Shown one piece after another: positions 45,705-55,078 of a stretch of 64,000 bases of DNA (position 1 is its first letter; the number at the start of each line of letters is the position of its first letter). This stretch comes from Candidatus Latescibacterota bacterium (lineage in GTDB: Bacteria > Latescibacterota > UBA2968 > UBA8231), in assembly GCA_965217585.1 (NCBI GenBank), contig OZ244561.1:1056001-1120000 (forward strand), read 5' to 3'. Under the pieces are notes generated by a model. It was not told where the DNA came from, made no database searches, and worked only from the letters and a program-made list of their open reading frames with translations. Position numbers and translations under genes: made by a program.

Positions 45705-47519
45705 TTACCCCTCGTTGCGAGCCATTGCCCCGTTCGGCTCCAGCCGGATAAAGGTCTTCAACAGCTCCCACTGCCAAGAATGCGGGAAGCCGTAGGGATC
45801 TTGCTGACTCGGCCAGCCAGTCCAGCGGGTGGTGTTGCAGGGGTAGCGGATAATTAGCTGCGCTAGGAAGATGTCGGGCAACTCCCGCACCCAGATTTCC
45901 ATCGCCTTGACGAACAGCTCCATGAGTTCCTCGTCGCCGACCTGTAGGGGGGCGATGCGCTCGACAATGCGGTCAAATTCCTCGTCGCGCCAGCGCGAGG
46001 TGGCCGACCACAGCGGTACCGGCTGCCCCGTGGGCCGGAAGTACTGCGAGGTGTAGTAAGACAGCATCAGATAGGGGTCCATGCCGCGCACGCCGCTGGG
46101 TCCCTTGCAGCCGAGAGAAACCTTCTGCTCTCCCGTCTGCACGAGAGAGGTCAAGCCGGGTGAGGTGTCAAAGTTCGCATCAAAGCCGGCGTCGCGTAGT
46201 TGCTGGGTCAGCGGCGGACCGTAGGCCCGCAACCACTGCGGCACGTACATGGCGATTTCGAGGCGCTCGTCCTCTGAACTGACCCACAAGCCCTCGTCGT
46301 CCTTGCGATAGCCTTTCCCCTCCATGATCCGGTCCACCTCTTGCAGGTGTGGCTGGCTGTCGTACCCGTGCTGCGCGAGGATCTCCTGCAGGGCCTCGTC
46401 AAAGGGCGCAAACCATTCGTAGGGCGTGAAGGGATGCAGCGCGACCACGCCCGCCCCCGACTCGGCTAGCTGGACGAGTTTCTCCCGATCAATGGCCATG
46501 CTGATCGCCCGGCGAATCTGCGGATCGTCAAAGGGCGGCTCCGAGCAGTTCATGTTGAGGTCGATGGGGCACCAGTCCAAGTAGCCGTAGGGCGGCTGCC
46601 GATCAGCGAAGGTCACGACCCGCGCATTGCGTTCTAATACGCTTTCGAGGGTGAGCACCTGCATGATGGGGGCCATGTCGAGCTGATCGGTCAGCAGCAG
46701 TTGCGCGGCCTGACTCTCCTCCTGCTGCGGCACATAGATAATTCGCTCAATCCTCGGCAGGCGCTTGAACCCCGTCTTGGCCGCCCACCAGTCCTGGCGC
46801 AGATCGTAGATTTTCTGGTGCGGTGAAGCATGGACCAGGCGGTAGGGACCCGTGCCGAGGGGCAGGCCGCCGTCGATGTCGTGGAAGGTGAACTCTAGGG
46901 GGTCCTGGCCTTTCCAGATGTGCTCGGGCAAGACGAAGATGCCGTGGTTGCTGCTCAGCGTGGTCGCCCAAAACGCCGGCCCCGCCTTTTTCAGCACCAG
47001 CCGCACGGTGTGGTCGTCAACGACCTCGGTAGAGTCGAAGAACTCGGGCAGATCGGCCAGATGCACCATGGACTCGGCGTGATCGCGCAGCAGACCGAAG
47101 GTGAAGGCCACATCGCGCGCCGTGAAAGGGACGCCGTCCGCCCATTCGATGCCCTCGCGGATCTTCACGGTCAGCACGGTAAAGCTGTCGTTGTACTCCC
47201 AGCTTTCGGCCAGCCAGTTCTCGTGTTCCCCGGTTAGCACGTTGTACATAATCAGCGGCTCGAACACCGCCGGCAGCGTGCCCATGTGGTATCCTTGGTC
47301 GGAGCCGGGAATGTAGGGGTTCTGATTGTCGAACAGGGAATACTGATTCGGACCGCCATTCATCAAAATCATGGTGCGGTCCCGGGGGACCTCGTCCAGC
47401 ACCACAGCCGGCCCGCAGCTAGCCAAAATTGCACACGCCGCGAAGATGGCATGTAGGGGCGACCGGCCGGTCGCCCCTACGGACGAAATCAAATGCCTCC
47501 AGCCCATTCGCCTCATCAT
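45705..47519 (-). CDS. Opp/Dpp-family ABC substrate-binding lipoprotein (family 5)
   Basis: Lipobox LASC, WLAESW, IREGIEWADG.PFTA.DV.FT, GTGPY and RRAIS.AIDR motifs. Confidence 0.92.
   Translation of the reverse strand: MMRRMGWRHLISSVGATGRSPLHAIFAACAILASCGPAVVLDEVPRDRTMILMNGGPNQYSLFDNQNPYIPGSDQGYHMGTLPAVFEPLIMYNVLTGEHENWLAESWEYNDSFTVLTVKIREGIEWADGVPFTARDVAFTFGLLRDHAESMVHLADLPEFFDSTEVVDDHTVRLVLKKAGPAFWATTLSSNHGIFVLPEHIWKGQDPLEFTFHDIDGGLPLGTGPYRLVHASPHQKIYDLRQDWWAAKTGFKRLPRIERIIYVPQQEESQAAQLLLTDQLDMAPIMQVLTLESVLERNARVVTFADRQPPYGYLDWCPIDLNMNCSEPPFDDPQIRRAISMAIDREKLVQLAESGAGVVALHPFTPYEWFAPFDEALQEILAQHGYDSQPHLQEVDRIMEGKGYRKDDEGLWVSSEDERLEIAMYVPQWLRAYGPPLTQQLRDAGFDANFDTSPGLTSLVQTGEQKVSLGCKGPSGVRGMDPYLMLSYYTSQYFRPTGQPVPLWSATSRWRDEEFDRIVERIAPLQVGDEELMELFVKAMEIWVRELPDIFLAQLIIRYPCNTTRWTGWPSQQDPYGFPHSWQWELLKTFIRLEPNGAMARNEG
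47453..47480. repeat. GTAG-type REP palindrome inside the SBP signal-peptide coding region
   Basis: GTAGGGGCGACCGGCCGGTCGCCCCTAC is a perfect 28-bp palindrome and reads VGATGRSPL in frame. Confidence 0.85.
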
Positions 47520-48578
47520 TCACCTACCTCCGTAGGACAGGCCGGCAACCTGTTCTTCCGACAGCACGGTGGCCTCCTCGTAGAGATAGCAGGCAGCAGC
47601 GCGGCCAGCATCGGTCTGCACCAGCGGCGGACGCTGTTGCCGACAGCGGGGCATGACGTGGGGACAGCGTTCGGCAAAGGCGCAGCCGCCGGTGATGCTC
47701 GGGGTCGGTGAGTCCTCTTCCACAGTCGGCGACTTCACCGCGCCGCTAGGCGTGCCATCGATGGCCCCTTCTCCCCAGCGGCGTTTTGCGTCCGGCAGCG
47801 GGATGGAACTCACGAGTAGCTGCGTGTAGGGGTGTTTCGGTGCCTTGATGACCTGCTCCACGCCGCCCACCTCGACTACCGCACCTTGGTACATGACGAG
47901 AATGGTGTGACTCAGTTGGTACGCCGTAGTCAGGTCATGCGTGATGTACACCAGACTGATGCCGCGCTCTCGGTGGATGCGAGACAAGGTCTCCAGAATG
48001 GTAGCACGCAACGAGGCGTCCACCATGGACACTGGCTCGTCGGCCACGATCACGCGCGGATCGAGCAGCAGCGCCCGCGCCACCATGATGCGCTGGCGCT
48101 GACCGCCGCTTAGCTGATGGGGATAACGTCCAAGGGTCTCCTCCGGGCGCAGACCGACCGCTTGCAGCCCCTCCTCAATCCGCTGCCACCGCTCGTTGCG
48201 CGACAGCTCTGGAAAGAACTTGGCGACCGGCACCGTCAGAGTGTGGTCCACCCGGTAGAACGGGTTGAACACCTCAAAGGGATCCTGAAATACAGCCTGC
48301 ACCTGCCGGCGGAAAGTCTGGCGCGCCTTAGCGTCGAGCGCGTGCAGTTCCACACCCCGGTAGCGCACCGATCCATCGGTGGGAGGCAAAATACCCAGCA
48401 GCAAACGCGCCAAAGTGGTCTTGCCGCTGCCGCTCTCGCCGGCAATGGCCACCACCACAGGCTCGTCCTCCGGGATTACCAGCGAGGCGTCGGCGACCGC
48501 GACGAACTGCTGTCGATCGAACACGCCGCCGCCAAAGGCTCGGCTGGCTCCCCGCGCTTCGAGCAGTGGCGTACTCAC
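47520..48578 (-). CDS. Oligopeptide-type ABC ATPase (OppF-like)
   Basis: GESGSGKT, LSGGQRQR, VADEP, HPYT and a C-terminal Cys motif. Confidence 0.93.
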   Translation of the reverse strand: MSTPLLEARGASRAFGGGVFDRQQFVAVADASLVIPEDEPVVVAIAGESGSGKTTLARLLLGILPPTDGSVRYRGVELHALDAKARQTFRRQVQAVFQDPFEVFNPFYRVDHTLTVPVAKFFPELSRNERWQRIEEGLQAVGLRPEETLGRYPHQLSGGQRQRIMVARALLLDPRVIVADEPVSMVDASLRATILETLSRIHRERGISLVYITHDLTTAYQLSHTILVMYQGAVVEVGGVEQVIKAPKHPYTQLLVSSIPLPDAKRRWGEGAIDGTPSGAVKSPTVEEDSPTPSITGGCAFAERCPHVMPRCRQQRPPLVQTDAGRAAACYLYEEATVLSEEQVAGLSYGGR

Positions 48579-49558
48579 GAGACCTCAGTGTGCAGGTGAC
48601 AGGCCGCCCGGCGCTCGGCAGCCACCAATTCTAACTCTGGCACGCGATCCGAACAGCGATCCATCACCTGCGGACAGCGCGGGTGGAAGGGACATCCCGG
48701 CGGCGGCTCCAGTAGCGAGGGCGGCAGTCCAGGAATGCCGCGAAATACGCCTTTGCGCTCCAGCGACGGCAGGCTTTCTACCAGCATGCGCGTGTACGGA
48801 TGCAGCGGCTCTTCGAGCAGGCTTTGCACCGGCCCCAGTTCGGCCAGCCGACCGGCGTACATCACGCCGATGCGGTCCACGCACTGGGCCATCAAACCCA
48901 TGTCGTGGCCCACCAAAATCACCGCGGCGTCGAGTTCCTCCTGCACGCGAAACAAGGTGTCCATCACCCGCTTTTGCACCACCACATCCAGAGCGCTGGT
49001 TGGCTCGTCGGCGACGATCACCTGGGGGCGCAAGGCCACGGCAATGGCCATGCCCACGCGCTGTTTCATGCCGCCGCTGAGTTCGTGGGGGTACATGCGC
49101 GCCGTCGCCGGGTCCAGCTCGACCAGCGCCAGCAGGTTCCGCACCCGCTCCTGCAGGGCCTCGCGGTCCGGCCGCTCCTCGTGCGCCTCAATCGTGTCAG
49201 CGATCTGTGCGCCCACTCTCATCACCGGATTGAGCGAGTTCATCACGCCCTGGGGGATCAGGGAAATGCGCGAAAAGCGCACAGCCCGCATCTCCTCCTC
49301 GGACAGTGCCAACAACTCCAGTTCGTCGAGATCGACCCGGCCCGCTTCGATCCGCCCGGGCGGCCGGATCAGTCGCAGCAGAGCCATGGCCGTCGTCGAT
49401 TTGCCCGAGCCAGACTCGCCCACCAAACCCAACCGCTCTCCCGCCCGCAACTCAAAGCCGACGCCCTCCACGGCGCGCACCGGTCCCCTCGGAGTGTGGT
49501 AGTGGACGCGCAGGTCCTGCACCCGCAGCACGACGCGGCTCTTGCTCTCGGCGTTCAC
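48575..49558 (-). CDS. Oligopeptide-type ABC ATPase (OppD-like)
   Basis: GESGSGKS, YPHELSGGMKQR, ADEPTSALD and GCPFHPRC. GTG start overlaps the permease stop. Confidence 0.93.
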   Translation of the reverse strand: MNAESKSRVVLRVQDLRVHYHTPRGPVRAVEGVGFELRAGERLGLVGESGSGKSTTAMALLRLIRPPGRIEAGRVDLDELELLALSEEEMRAVRFSRISLIPQGVMNSLNPVMRVGAQIADTIEAHEERPDREALQERVRNLLALVELDPATARMYPHELSGGMKQRVGMAIAVALRPQVIVADEPTSALDVVVQKRVMDTLFRVQEELDAAVILVGHDMGLMAQCVDRIGVMYAGRLAELGPVQSLLEEPLHPYTRMLVESLPSLERKGVFRGIPGLPPSLLEPPPGCPFHPRCPQVMDRCSDRVPELELVAAERRAACHLHTEVS

Positions 49559-50412
49559 GACGAGACCTTCCATATGCGCGGATTGGCGATGCGATCCAAT
49601 CCCATGGAGACGAGGAACAAGCCGATGAAAATCAGTACGATCATCACTATCGGCGGCGCCCACCACCACCACATTCCCCGCAGCAGCGAGGTGTAGTACA
49701 AAGCCCAGTAAATGGTCATCCCAAGGGTAGGCTCGTTCTGCGGCCCCAAGCCCAGCGCTTCCAGTCCAATCGACGCCAGCACCGCGGCACCCACGGCGCT
49801 GACAAAGCTGGCCGCCAGATAGGGCAGCAGGTTCGGCAGCAGCTCACGGGCGATGATCTCCAAGTCCCTCATGCCGGAGAGCCGCGCCACCTGCACGTAG
49901 GCGCGCTCGCGCATCGACAGCACCTGCGCGCGGATCGTGCGCGTCGGCAGCATCCACGCCAGCGAGGCCACCACCAAGGCCATCATATCGACGGTGACGG
50001 CCGTGCGCAGAGAGGTCGCCAACACCACGAGAAACAGCAGTCCGGGCACAGTCAGCAGCACGTCAGCGGCACCCCGAATCAAGGTATCTACCAAACCGCC
50101 AAAGTACCCAGCGAGAAAGCCGAGGATAATACCGATGCCAAGCCCCACAGCACCAGCGAGAAAGCCGACCCTGAGCGTGAGCGGCGTACCCGCCACCATC
50201 ACCGCGAGCAGGTCCCTCCCGGCTGCATCAGTACCGAGAAGGTGCTCCAGCGACGGCGATAGATTGGGTTCTGCCGAGCCGACGCGGGCCAGATTCGTAT
50301 CGACGAACAGGGTCCCCACAGGACCAAAGGCGAGCACGACAAAGACGATGATTAAGCCGGCTGTTAGCTGGGGATGGCGGCGCGCCGCTGTGGAGAGCGA
50401 AGAGAGCGTCAT
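49555..50412 (-). CDS. Oligopeptide-type ABC permease (OppC-like)
   Basis: HLLGTD..GRD, YV..AR..G and WWWW.PP motifs. Confidence 0.92.
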   Translation of the reverse strand: MTLSSLSTAARRHPQLTAGLIIVFVVLAFGPVGTLFVDTNLARVGSAEPNLSPSLEHLLGTDAAGRDLLAVMVAGTPLTLRVGFLAGAVGLGIGIILGFLAGYFGGLVDTLIRGAADVLLTVPGLLFLVVLATSLRTAVTVDMMALVVASLAWMLPTRTIRAQVLSMRERAYVQVARLSGMRDLEIIARELLPNLLPYLAASFVSAVGAAVLASIGLEALGLGPQNEPTLGMTIYWALYYTSLLRGMWWWWAPPIVMIVLIFIGLFLVSMGLDRIANPRIWKVSS

Positions 50413-51410
50413 CGGCGGTAGGCAATGCGCGGATCGAGGAGCGGATAAACCAAGTCGAGGATCAGAGTCACCAAGGCGATAGCCAAGATAACCATGAGCA
50501 CGACGCCGTAGATGACGAAGTAGTCAAAAGTCTGCACGGCGCGGTACAGCACCGTACCCACACCCGGATACGCGAACACCACCTCCACCAGCACGGCCCC
50601 AGACACCACGTAGCCCATAGCCAGCGCCAAAGCCGTAGTCTGCGGCAACAGAGCGTTGCGCAAGGCGTAGCGGAAGAAAATCTCGCGGCTCTTCAGCCCT
50701 CGGGCCTCGGCGTAGTTCACGTAGTCCTCGCCCTGAACGGTGACCATCATGCCGCGCATCGACAAAGCCCAAAACCCCACCGACGACAGCACAATCGACA
50801 GGGCGGGAACGATGGAGTGATAGATCACGTCAATGGCAAAGGCCAAGGTCGGCCCAGGCAGCGTTCCCAAGGTAAAACCACCGCCGAGGGGAAAGGCGCC
50901 CAGAGTGAAACCCAGCAAGAACACAAGAACCAAGCCAAGCAAGTAATAGGGAATCGCCGACAGCGCCAAGAAAGGCGCGGCAAAGTAGTGCAGGGCACCG
51001 GGTGATCGCGGCCAAGCCAGCAAAGCGCCGAGCACCGTGCCGAGGGCAAAGGCGATCAGCGTCGCCGTCGTCAGCAGACCGAGCGTCCACGGCAGGGCGC
51101 GCATGATGATGTCGGAAGCGCGGCTCGGAAAATTGGCGATAGAAACCCCAAAGTCGAGGCGCGCCACATCCCCGAGGTAGCGCAGGTACTGCTTCCACAG
51201 GGGTTGATCGAGACCGAAGCGAGCCTCATACGTGGCCACCACCGCCTCCATGTCGGTCTTGCCCGCGCCGCCGAAGGACACCGCCTGCAACAAGCGTTCG
51301 CGGATGGGATTCACCGGAGCCAGCCGGGGCATCAAGAAGTTGATGGTGGCCCCTGCCCACACGATGAGCAGGAACACCCCGAAGCGGCGAAAGACGTAGT
51401 TGAGTGACAA
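50409..51410 (-). CDS. Oligopeptide-type ABC permease (OppB-like)
   Basis: FGLDQPLWKQY, EDYV..A.A.GL, VE.VF.YPG.G and YPLLDPRI motifs. TTG start at 51410. Confidence 0.92.
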   Translation of the reverse strand: MSLNYVFRRFGVFLLIVWAGATINFLMPRLAPVNPIRERLLQAVSFGGAGKTDMEAVVATYEARFGLDQPLWKQYLRYLGDVARLDFGVSIANFPSRASDIIMRALPWTLGLLTTATLIAFALGTVLGALLAWPRSPGALHYFAAPFLALSAIPYYLLGLVLVFLLGFTLGAFPLGGGFTLGTLPGPTLAFAIDVIYHSIVPALSIVLSSVGFWALSMRGMMVTVQGEDYVNYAEARGLKSREIFFRYALRNALLPQTTALALAMGYVVSGAVLVEVVFAYPGVGTVLYRAVQTFDYFVIYGVVLMVILAIALVTLILDLVYPLLDPRIAYRR

Positions 51411-51411
51411 G

Positions 51412-52554
51412 TTAGCTCGACTCCGCGTCGAAGAAGCCGAGGTCCTCGCGCGCCGCGCTGCGCGCCACTTCCTCGTCGAGTGTGACTCCAAGACCAGGAG
51501 CCTGCGGCAAGGGGATCCGCCCGTTGACGATCAGATCGCGTTCTACCGTGAGGCTGTTCCACAGCTCGTTGTCGAGGTGGTGGAACTCCAACACTTGAAA
51601 GTTGGGCGAAGCAGCGCACGTGTGGCACATGGCCACCGTGCCGATTGGGCTACAAATGTTGTGCGGTGAAATTGGGATGTAATAAATGTCGGCCAGATCG
51701 GCGATGAGCCGTCCCTCGGACAGGCCGCCGGCCTTAGCCAGATCGGGTGAGATGATATCCGTCGCCTGCGTCTCGACCAGCTCGCGGAACCCGTGGCGCG
51801 TGTACAGGTTTTCGCCGGTGCAGATCGGCGTGCGCGTCGCGTTCTTCACTTCCTTGAGCGCGACGACGTTTTCGGCCGGAATTGGATCTTCCAACCACAT
51901 CAAATCCAGCGCTTCAAAGGCATAGGCAACCTTGAGAATGTCGTGGGGAGCGTACGCCCAGTGGGCGTCGATGAGCAAATCCGTGTTGGGATGCAGCGCC
52001 TCGCGGAGCGCTGTGACCACTTCGATGTGGAAGGCGATGTCGCTGTTGCTCATGGTGCGATTGTAGTGGTCGCGCCGGTCGGGACGCGGGTCGATGTCGA
52101 ACTTGATGGCGTCGAAGCCGCGCGCTTCCACTTCCTTGGCCTTGGCCACCCAAGATTCGGGATTATCGTCCTCGTCGCCAGCGTGACAGTCGTTGTACAT
52201 GCGAATTGAGTCGCGGTACGCGCCGCCCAGCAATTGCCAGATCGGCACGCCAATCGCCTGCCCGGTGATATCCCACAGCGCCATCTCAATGCCGCTGATC
52301 GCGCTCATCACCGCGCCTTGGTAGTACCCCGACGCCGACATCGAACTTTTCATGTCGCGGAAGAGCTTGTCAACGTTGCGCGGGTCTTGGCCGATGAGAG
52401 CGCGTTGGGTGAGGCGTTCGTCCACGGCAATGTGGTGGACGCCGGCCCCGTGATAGGCCTCGCCAATGCCGGTAATCCCCTCGTCGGTGCGCACCTTCAC
52501 CAGCACCCACGGCATGGGTTGCAACAGCACAGCACCCACGTCAACAATTTTCAT
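51412..52554 (-). CDS. Mandelate racemase/muconate lactonizing enzyme family (galactonate dehydratase-like)
   Basis: TDEGITGIGE, SGIEMALWDI.G, P.WQLLGG, KFD, IDAH, WLEDP, TGEN and PHN motifs. Confidence 0.92.
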   Translation of the reverse strand: MKIVDVGAVLLQPMPWVLVKVRTDEGITGIGEAYHGAGVHHIAVDERLTQRALIGQDPRNVDKLFRDMKSSMSASGYYQGAVMSAISGIEMALWDITGQAIGVPIWQLLGGAYRDSIRMYNDCHAGDEDDNPESWVAKAKEVEARGFDAIKFDIDPRPDRRDHYNRTMSNSDIAFHIEVVTALREALHPNTDLLIDAHWAYAPHDILKVAYAFEALDLMWLEDPIPAENVVALKEVKNATRTPICTGENLYTRHGFRELVETQATDIISPDLAKAGGLSEGRLIADLADIYYIPISPHNICSPIGTVAMCHTCAASPNFQVLEFHHLDNELWNSLTVERDLIVNGRIPLPQAPGLGVTLDEEVARSAAREDLGFFDAESS

Positions 52555-52759
52555 CGCTACCCTCCACGTCTGTTAGTATCCTCAATCAGCGAGAGGCATT
52601 TATACAGCCATTGAGTAAGGACAGGCACCTTATTAGATTGAACATGGCGGCCAAAGCGCCGCCAATGTATCGCCTCCCCCACCCTCCGTCAAGCTCTGCG
52701 GAAGAAACGACGACGCTCGCGATGCTTTGACGTTTTAACGCTATGAGGTTATCACCTTT

Positions 52760-52993
52760 ATGACTAATGCGACCAAACGAATCACCATCGACTTTGATCC
52801 TGCGATTCACCGTGCCCTTCAGCGACAGGCCGCTGAAGCGAACCGGTCCATCTCCGCCTTGGTCAATGATGCCGTGAGGCGCACCCTAACCGAGGATGTC
52901 GAGGATTTGAGTGCCTTCGACGAGCGGGACGCCGAACCCAATTTGCCGTTTGAGGATGTCGTCAAAGATCTCAAGCGCAGTGGCAAGCTATAA
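52760..52993 (+). CDS. CopG/ribbon-helix-helix antitoxin
   Basis: KRITIDFDP.IHRAL...AAE..RSISALVNDAVR..L.ED.EDL. Overlaps a RelE-like start. Confidence 0.85.
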   Translation: MTNATKRITIDFDPAIHRALQRQAAEANRSISALVNDAVRRTLTEDVEDLSAFDERDAEPNLPFEDVVKDLKRSGKL

Positions 52994-53040
52994 AATTCAG
53001 ATCAAGCCCTCTGCCGTCCGGGAAATCGAGGCGATTCCTC
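52980..53040 (+). pseudogene. relE: Truncated RelE/ParE toxin (first ~20 codons only)
   Basis: GTG GCA AGC TAT... = MASYKIQIKPSAVREIEAIP, a typical RelE N-terminus. The homology stops abruptly. Confidence 0.8.
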
Positions 53041-53060
53041 TTTCTTTTCTTAGTTACGTC

Positions 53061-53264
53061 CTGATGTTACGCAGCCTCTGTCTTCTTAGGGCAGCCTCTT
53101 CCGCCCGCTTGGTGCCTGTGCGGTCCCGGTGTCATGCCTGCGAAAGCAGGCATCCAGAAAGGCCGTTTGAGGCTAAGGCGCTGGGCTGGATTCCCGCTTT
53201 CGCGGGAATGACGACAGGCAGGGCAGCAAGGCGGCAGACACTACATAAGTCTTCGTAACGTCAG
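53061..53264. mobile_element. MITE-like 204-bp element with terminal inverted repeats and 7-bp target-site duplication
   Basis: Left end CTGATGTTACGCAGCCT versus reverse-complemented right end CTGACGTTACGAAGACT (14/17). TTACGTC at 53054-53060 and 53265-53271. Confidence 0.75.
53131..53212. repeat. Double-hairpin palindromic repeat (GTCAT..CGAAAGC..ATCCA / TGGATTCCCGCTTTCGCGGGAATGAC; RPE/REP-like)
   Basis: GTCATGCCTGCGAAAGCAGGCATCCA ... TGGATTCCCGCTTTCGCGGGAATGAC. Confidence 0.85.
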
Positions 53265-53310
53265 TTACGTCTTTAACTCACCCTCTGTCGAGCGCTCCGG
53301 GAGAAACCAC

Positions 53311-54144
53311 ATGATCCGTCTCAACCAACAGCAACTCAACTTTTTCGACACCTTCGGCTACCTCGGGCTGCCGGGGTTGATGGCCGACTGCATCGACGAA
53401 ATCATCGACGCCTTTGAGCAGGTCTGGGCCGAGCGCGGCGGAGGCCACGACGGCCAACCGCACGACGACCAACGACGTTCCTGCATCGTGCCTTTCATCG
53501 ATCAACACGAGCGCCTGTGCGCCCTGCTCGACGATCCGCGCATCGAGGGATTACTCGCCAGTCTGCTCGGCGACAACTTCAACTACAGCAGTTCCGACGG
53601 CAACTACTACGCCGGCGACACGCAGTGGCACTCCGACGGCTACCAGAAGGAAGTGCGCCACGTCAAGATCGCCTTCTACCTCGACCACTTAACCCGCGAC
53701 ACCGGCTGCCTGCGCGTGATCCCAGGCAGCCACCGGCTCCGCGATCAGTACGCCGATGCACTCGAAGCAAACGCGCGCCAATCGCAGGAGCAGTGGGGCA
53801 TCTCCGGCGACCAGGTACCCGCCGTCGCGCTGGAGATCGTCCCAGGAGACGTCGTCGTCTTCCAACACAACCTCAAACACGCGGCCTTCGGGGGCGGTGG
53901 CCGCCGCCGCATGTTCACCATCAACTGCATGGTGCGCGTGCCCGACGATCAGCTCGACACCGTCAAACAAGACATCGCCGGGCTGGCCCGCTTCTGGGCG
54001 GAGCGCGCGTACGGCGAGAAGATGATCGCCACGGCGAGTGCCCGTCGCATGGTGCATCTCAAGCAACGCATGGCCAATGACGGCCACCTCAAAGAACTAG
54101 CGGCGAAGGCGCGGGCCGAGATGGCCGAGCCGTCGCGGGGATAG
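53311..54144 (+). CDS. Phytanoyl-CoA dioxygenase (PhyH) family Fe/2OG enzyme
   Basis: F.TFGYL, WHSDG (HxD), GCLRVIPGSH, PGDVVVF...L.H and RR motifs. Confidence 0.92.
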   Translation: MIRLNQQQLNFFDTFGYLGLPGLMADCIDEIIDAFEQVWAERGGGHDGQPHDDQRRSCIVPFIDQHERLCALLDDPRIEGLLASLLGDNFNYSSSDGNYYAGDTQWHSDGYQKEVRHVKIAFYLDHLTRDTGCLRVIPGSHRLRDQYADALEANARQSQEQWGISGDQVPAVALEIVPGDVVVFQHNLKHAAFGGGGRRRMFTINCMVRVPDDQLDTVKQDIAGLARFWAERAYGEKMIATASARRMVHLKQRMANDGHLKELAAKARAEMAEPSRG

Positions 54145-55078
54145 GGCAATCAGGAGCGACCACTACGAATTCAAAATGGGGATCTACCTCGGAGAGCTGC
54201 AGCAGCCATTCGAGCAATCGCTGGCCACGGCGCGCGACCTCGGCGCGCACTACATCTGGTGCGGCATCCACTCCAACAATCGCAGCTTCTACGAGCTTTC
54301 CGACGCCGAGATAGACCAAGCCGCCGAGCAAGTTGCCGCGCACGGTCTCGAGTTTTTCCTGCTCGACGGCGCTGGGTTGTTCAAGACAGTACACCTCGCC
54401 GAGCTTGAGCCGGGCAAGATGCTCGAACACGCCCAATTCAAGGATCATTTCACCAAGCTGGAACGGTCGATGGAGGTTTCAGCCCGCTTGGGAATCGCCG
54501 CGGTCGGCTGCAGCAGCTTCGCTTGGCCGGCCGAGTATACCGGCGGCAAGCCCACTTGGCCGATGCGCTGGGCAACGCGCGGCGGCATCATCTCCGACGG
54601 CGACATGGCAAAGCTCGTCGAAGCATTCTCCATGTTCGCCGATATCGCCGAAAAATACGACGTCGATATCGCCTTCCTGATGATGCAGTGGAATTACGGC
54701 AACACCAGTCGCAACTTCCGCCGCATCGTCGAAGCAGTCGGCTCGCGGCGGTTCAAGGTGCTCTGGTGTCCGGCGGACAACTACAACTGTGGCGAAGTTG
54801 ACAATGCCACCGCCGGATTCGAAAACCTCCGCCCCTACCTGCACGGCGTCCACGCCAAGGACCTGCGCACCATAAACGGCTCAAAGCTCGAATTTGAGTA
54901 CACGCCCATCGGCGAGGGCGACGTCGATTACCCGACGATCCTGCGCAACCTGCGCGACAACCGCTGCGACGTCGTCCTGTCGATTGCCACCCACTTCCTA
55001 CCGGCAAGCGGCTCGCGGCTCGAAGCCATGCAGACGAACTACACCAACATCCGCAGGCTGATTGGCGAGTTGGCGTAG
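54061..55078 (+). repeat. Long direct repeat copy A (PhyH 3' end + TIM-barrel gene)
   Basis: Collinear with 60178-61195. The offset is 6117 bp at both ends. Confidence 0.95.
54176..55078 (+). CDS. Xylose isomerase-like/AP endonuclease 2 TIM-barrel protein (copy 1; upstream ATG mutated to AGG)
   Basis: H.KD and P.GEG.VDY motifs. 16 aa differences in 300 versus copy 2 by hand count. Confidence 0.85.
   Translation: MGIYLGELQQPFEQSLATARDLGAHYIWCGIHSNNRSFYELSDAEIDQAAEQVAAHGLEFFLLDGAGLFKTVHLAELEPGKMLEHAQFKDHFTKLERSMEVSARLGIAAVGCSSFAWPAEYTGGKPTWPMRWATRGGIISDGDMAKLVEAFSMFADIAEKYDVDIAFLMMQWNYGNTSRNFRRIVEAVGSRRFKVLWCPADNYNCGEVDNATAGFENLRPYLHGVHAKDLRTINGSKLEFEYTPIGEGDVDYPTILRNLRDNRCDVVLSIATHFLPASGSRLEAMQTNYTNIRRLIGELA

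Noticed and set aside
52911-53258. 115-aa ORF as an intact toxin
   Set aside because: Only about 20 RelE-like codons. The rest is read-through into the MITE and palindromic repeat.
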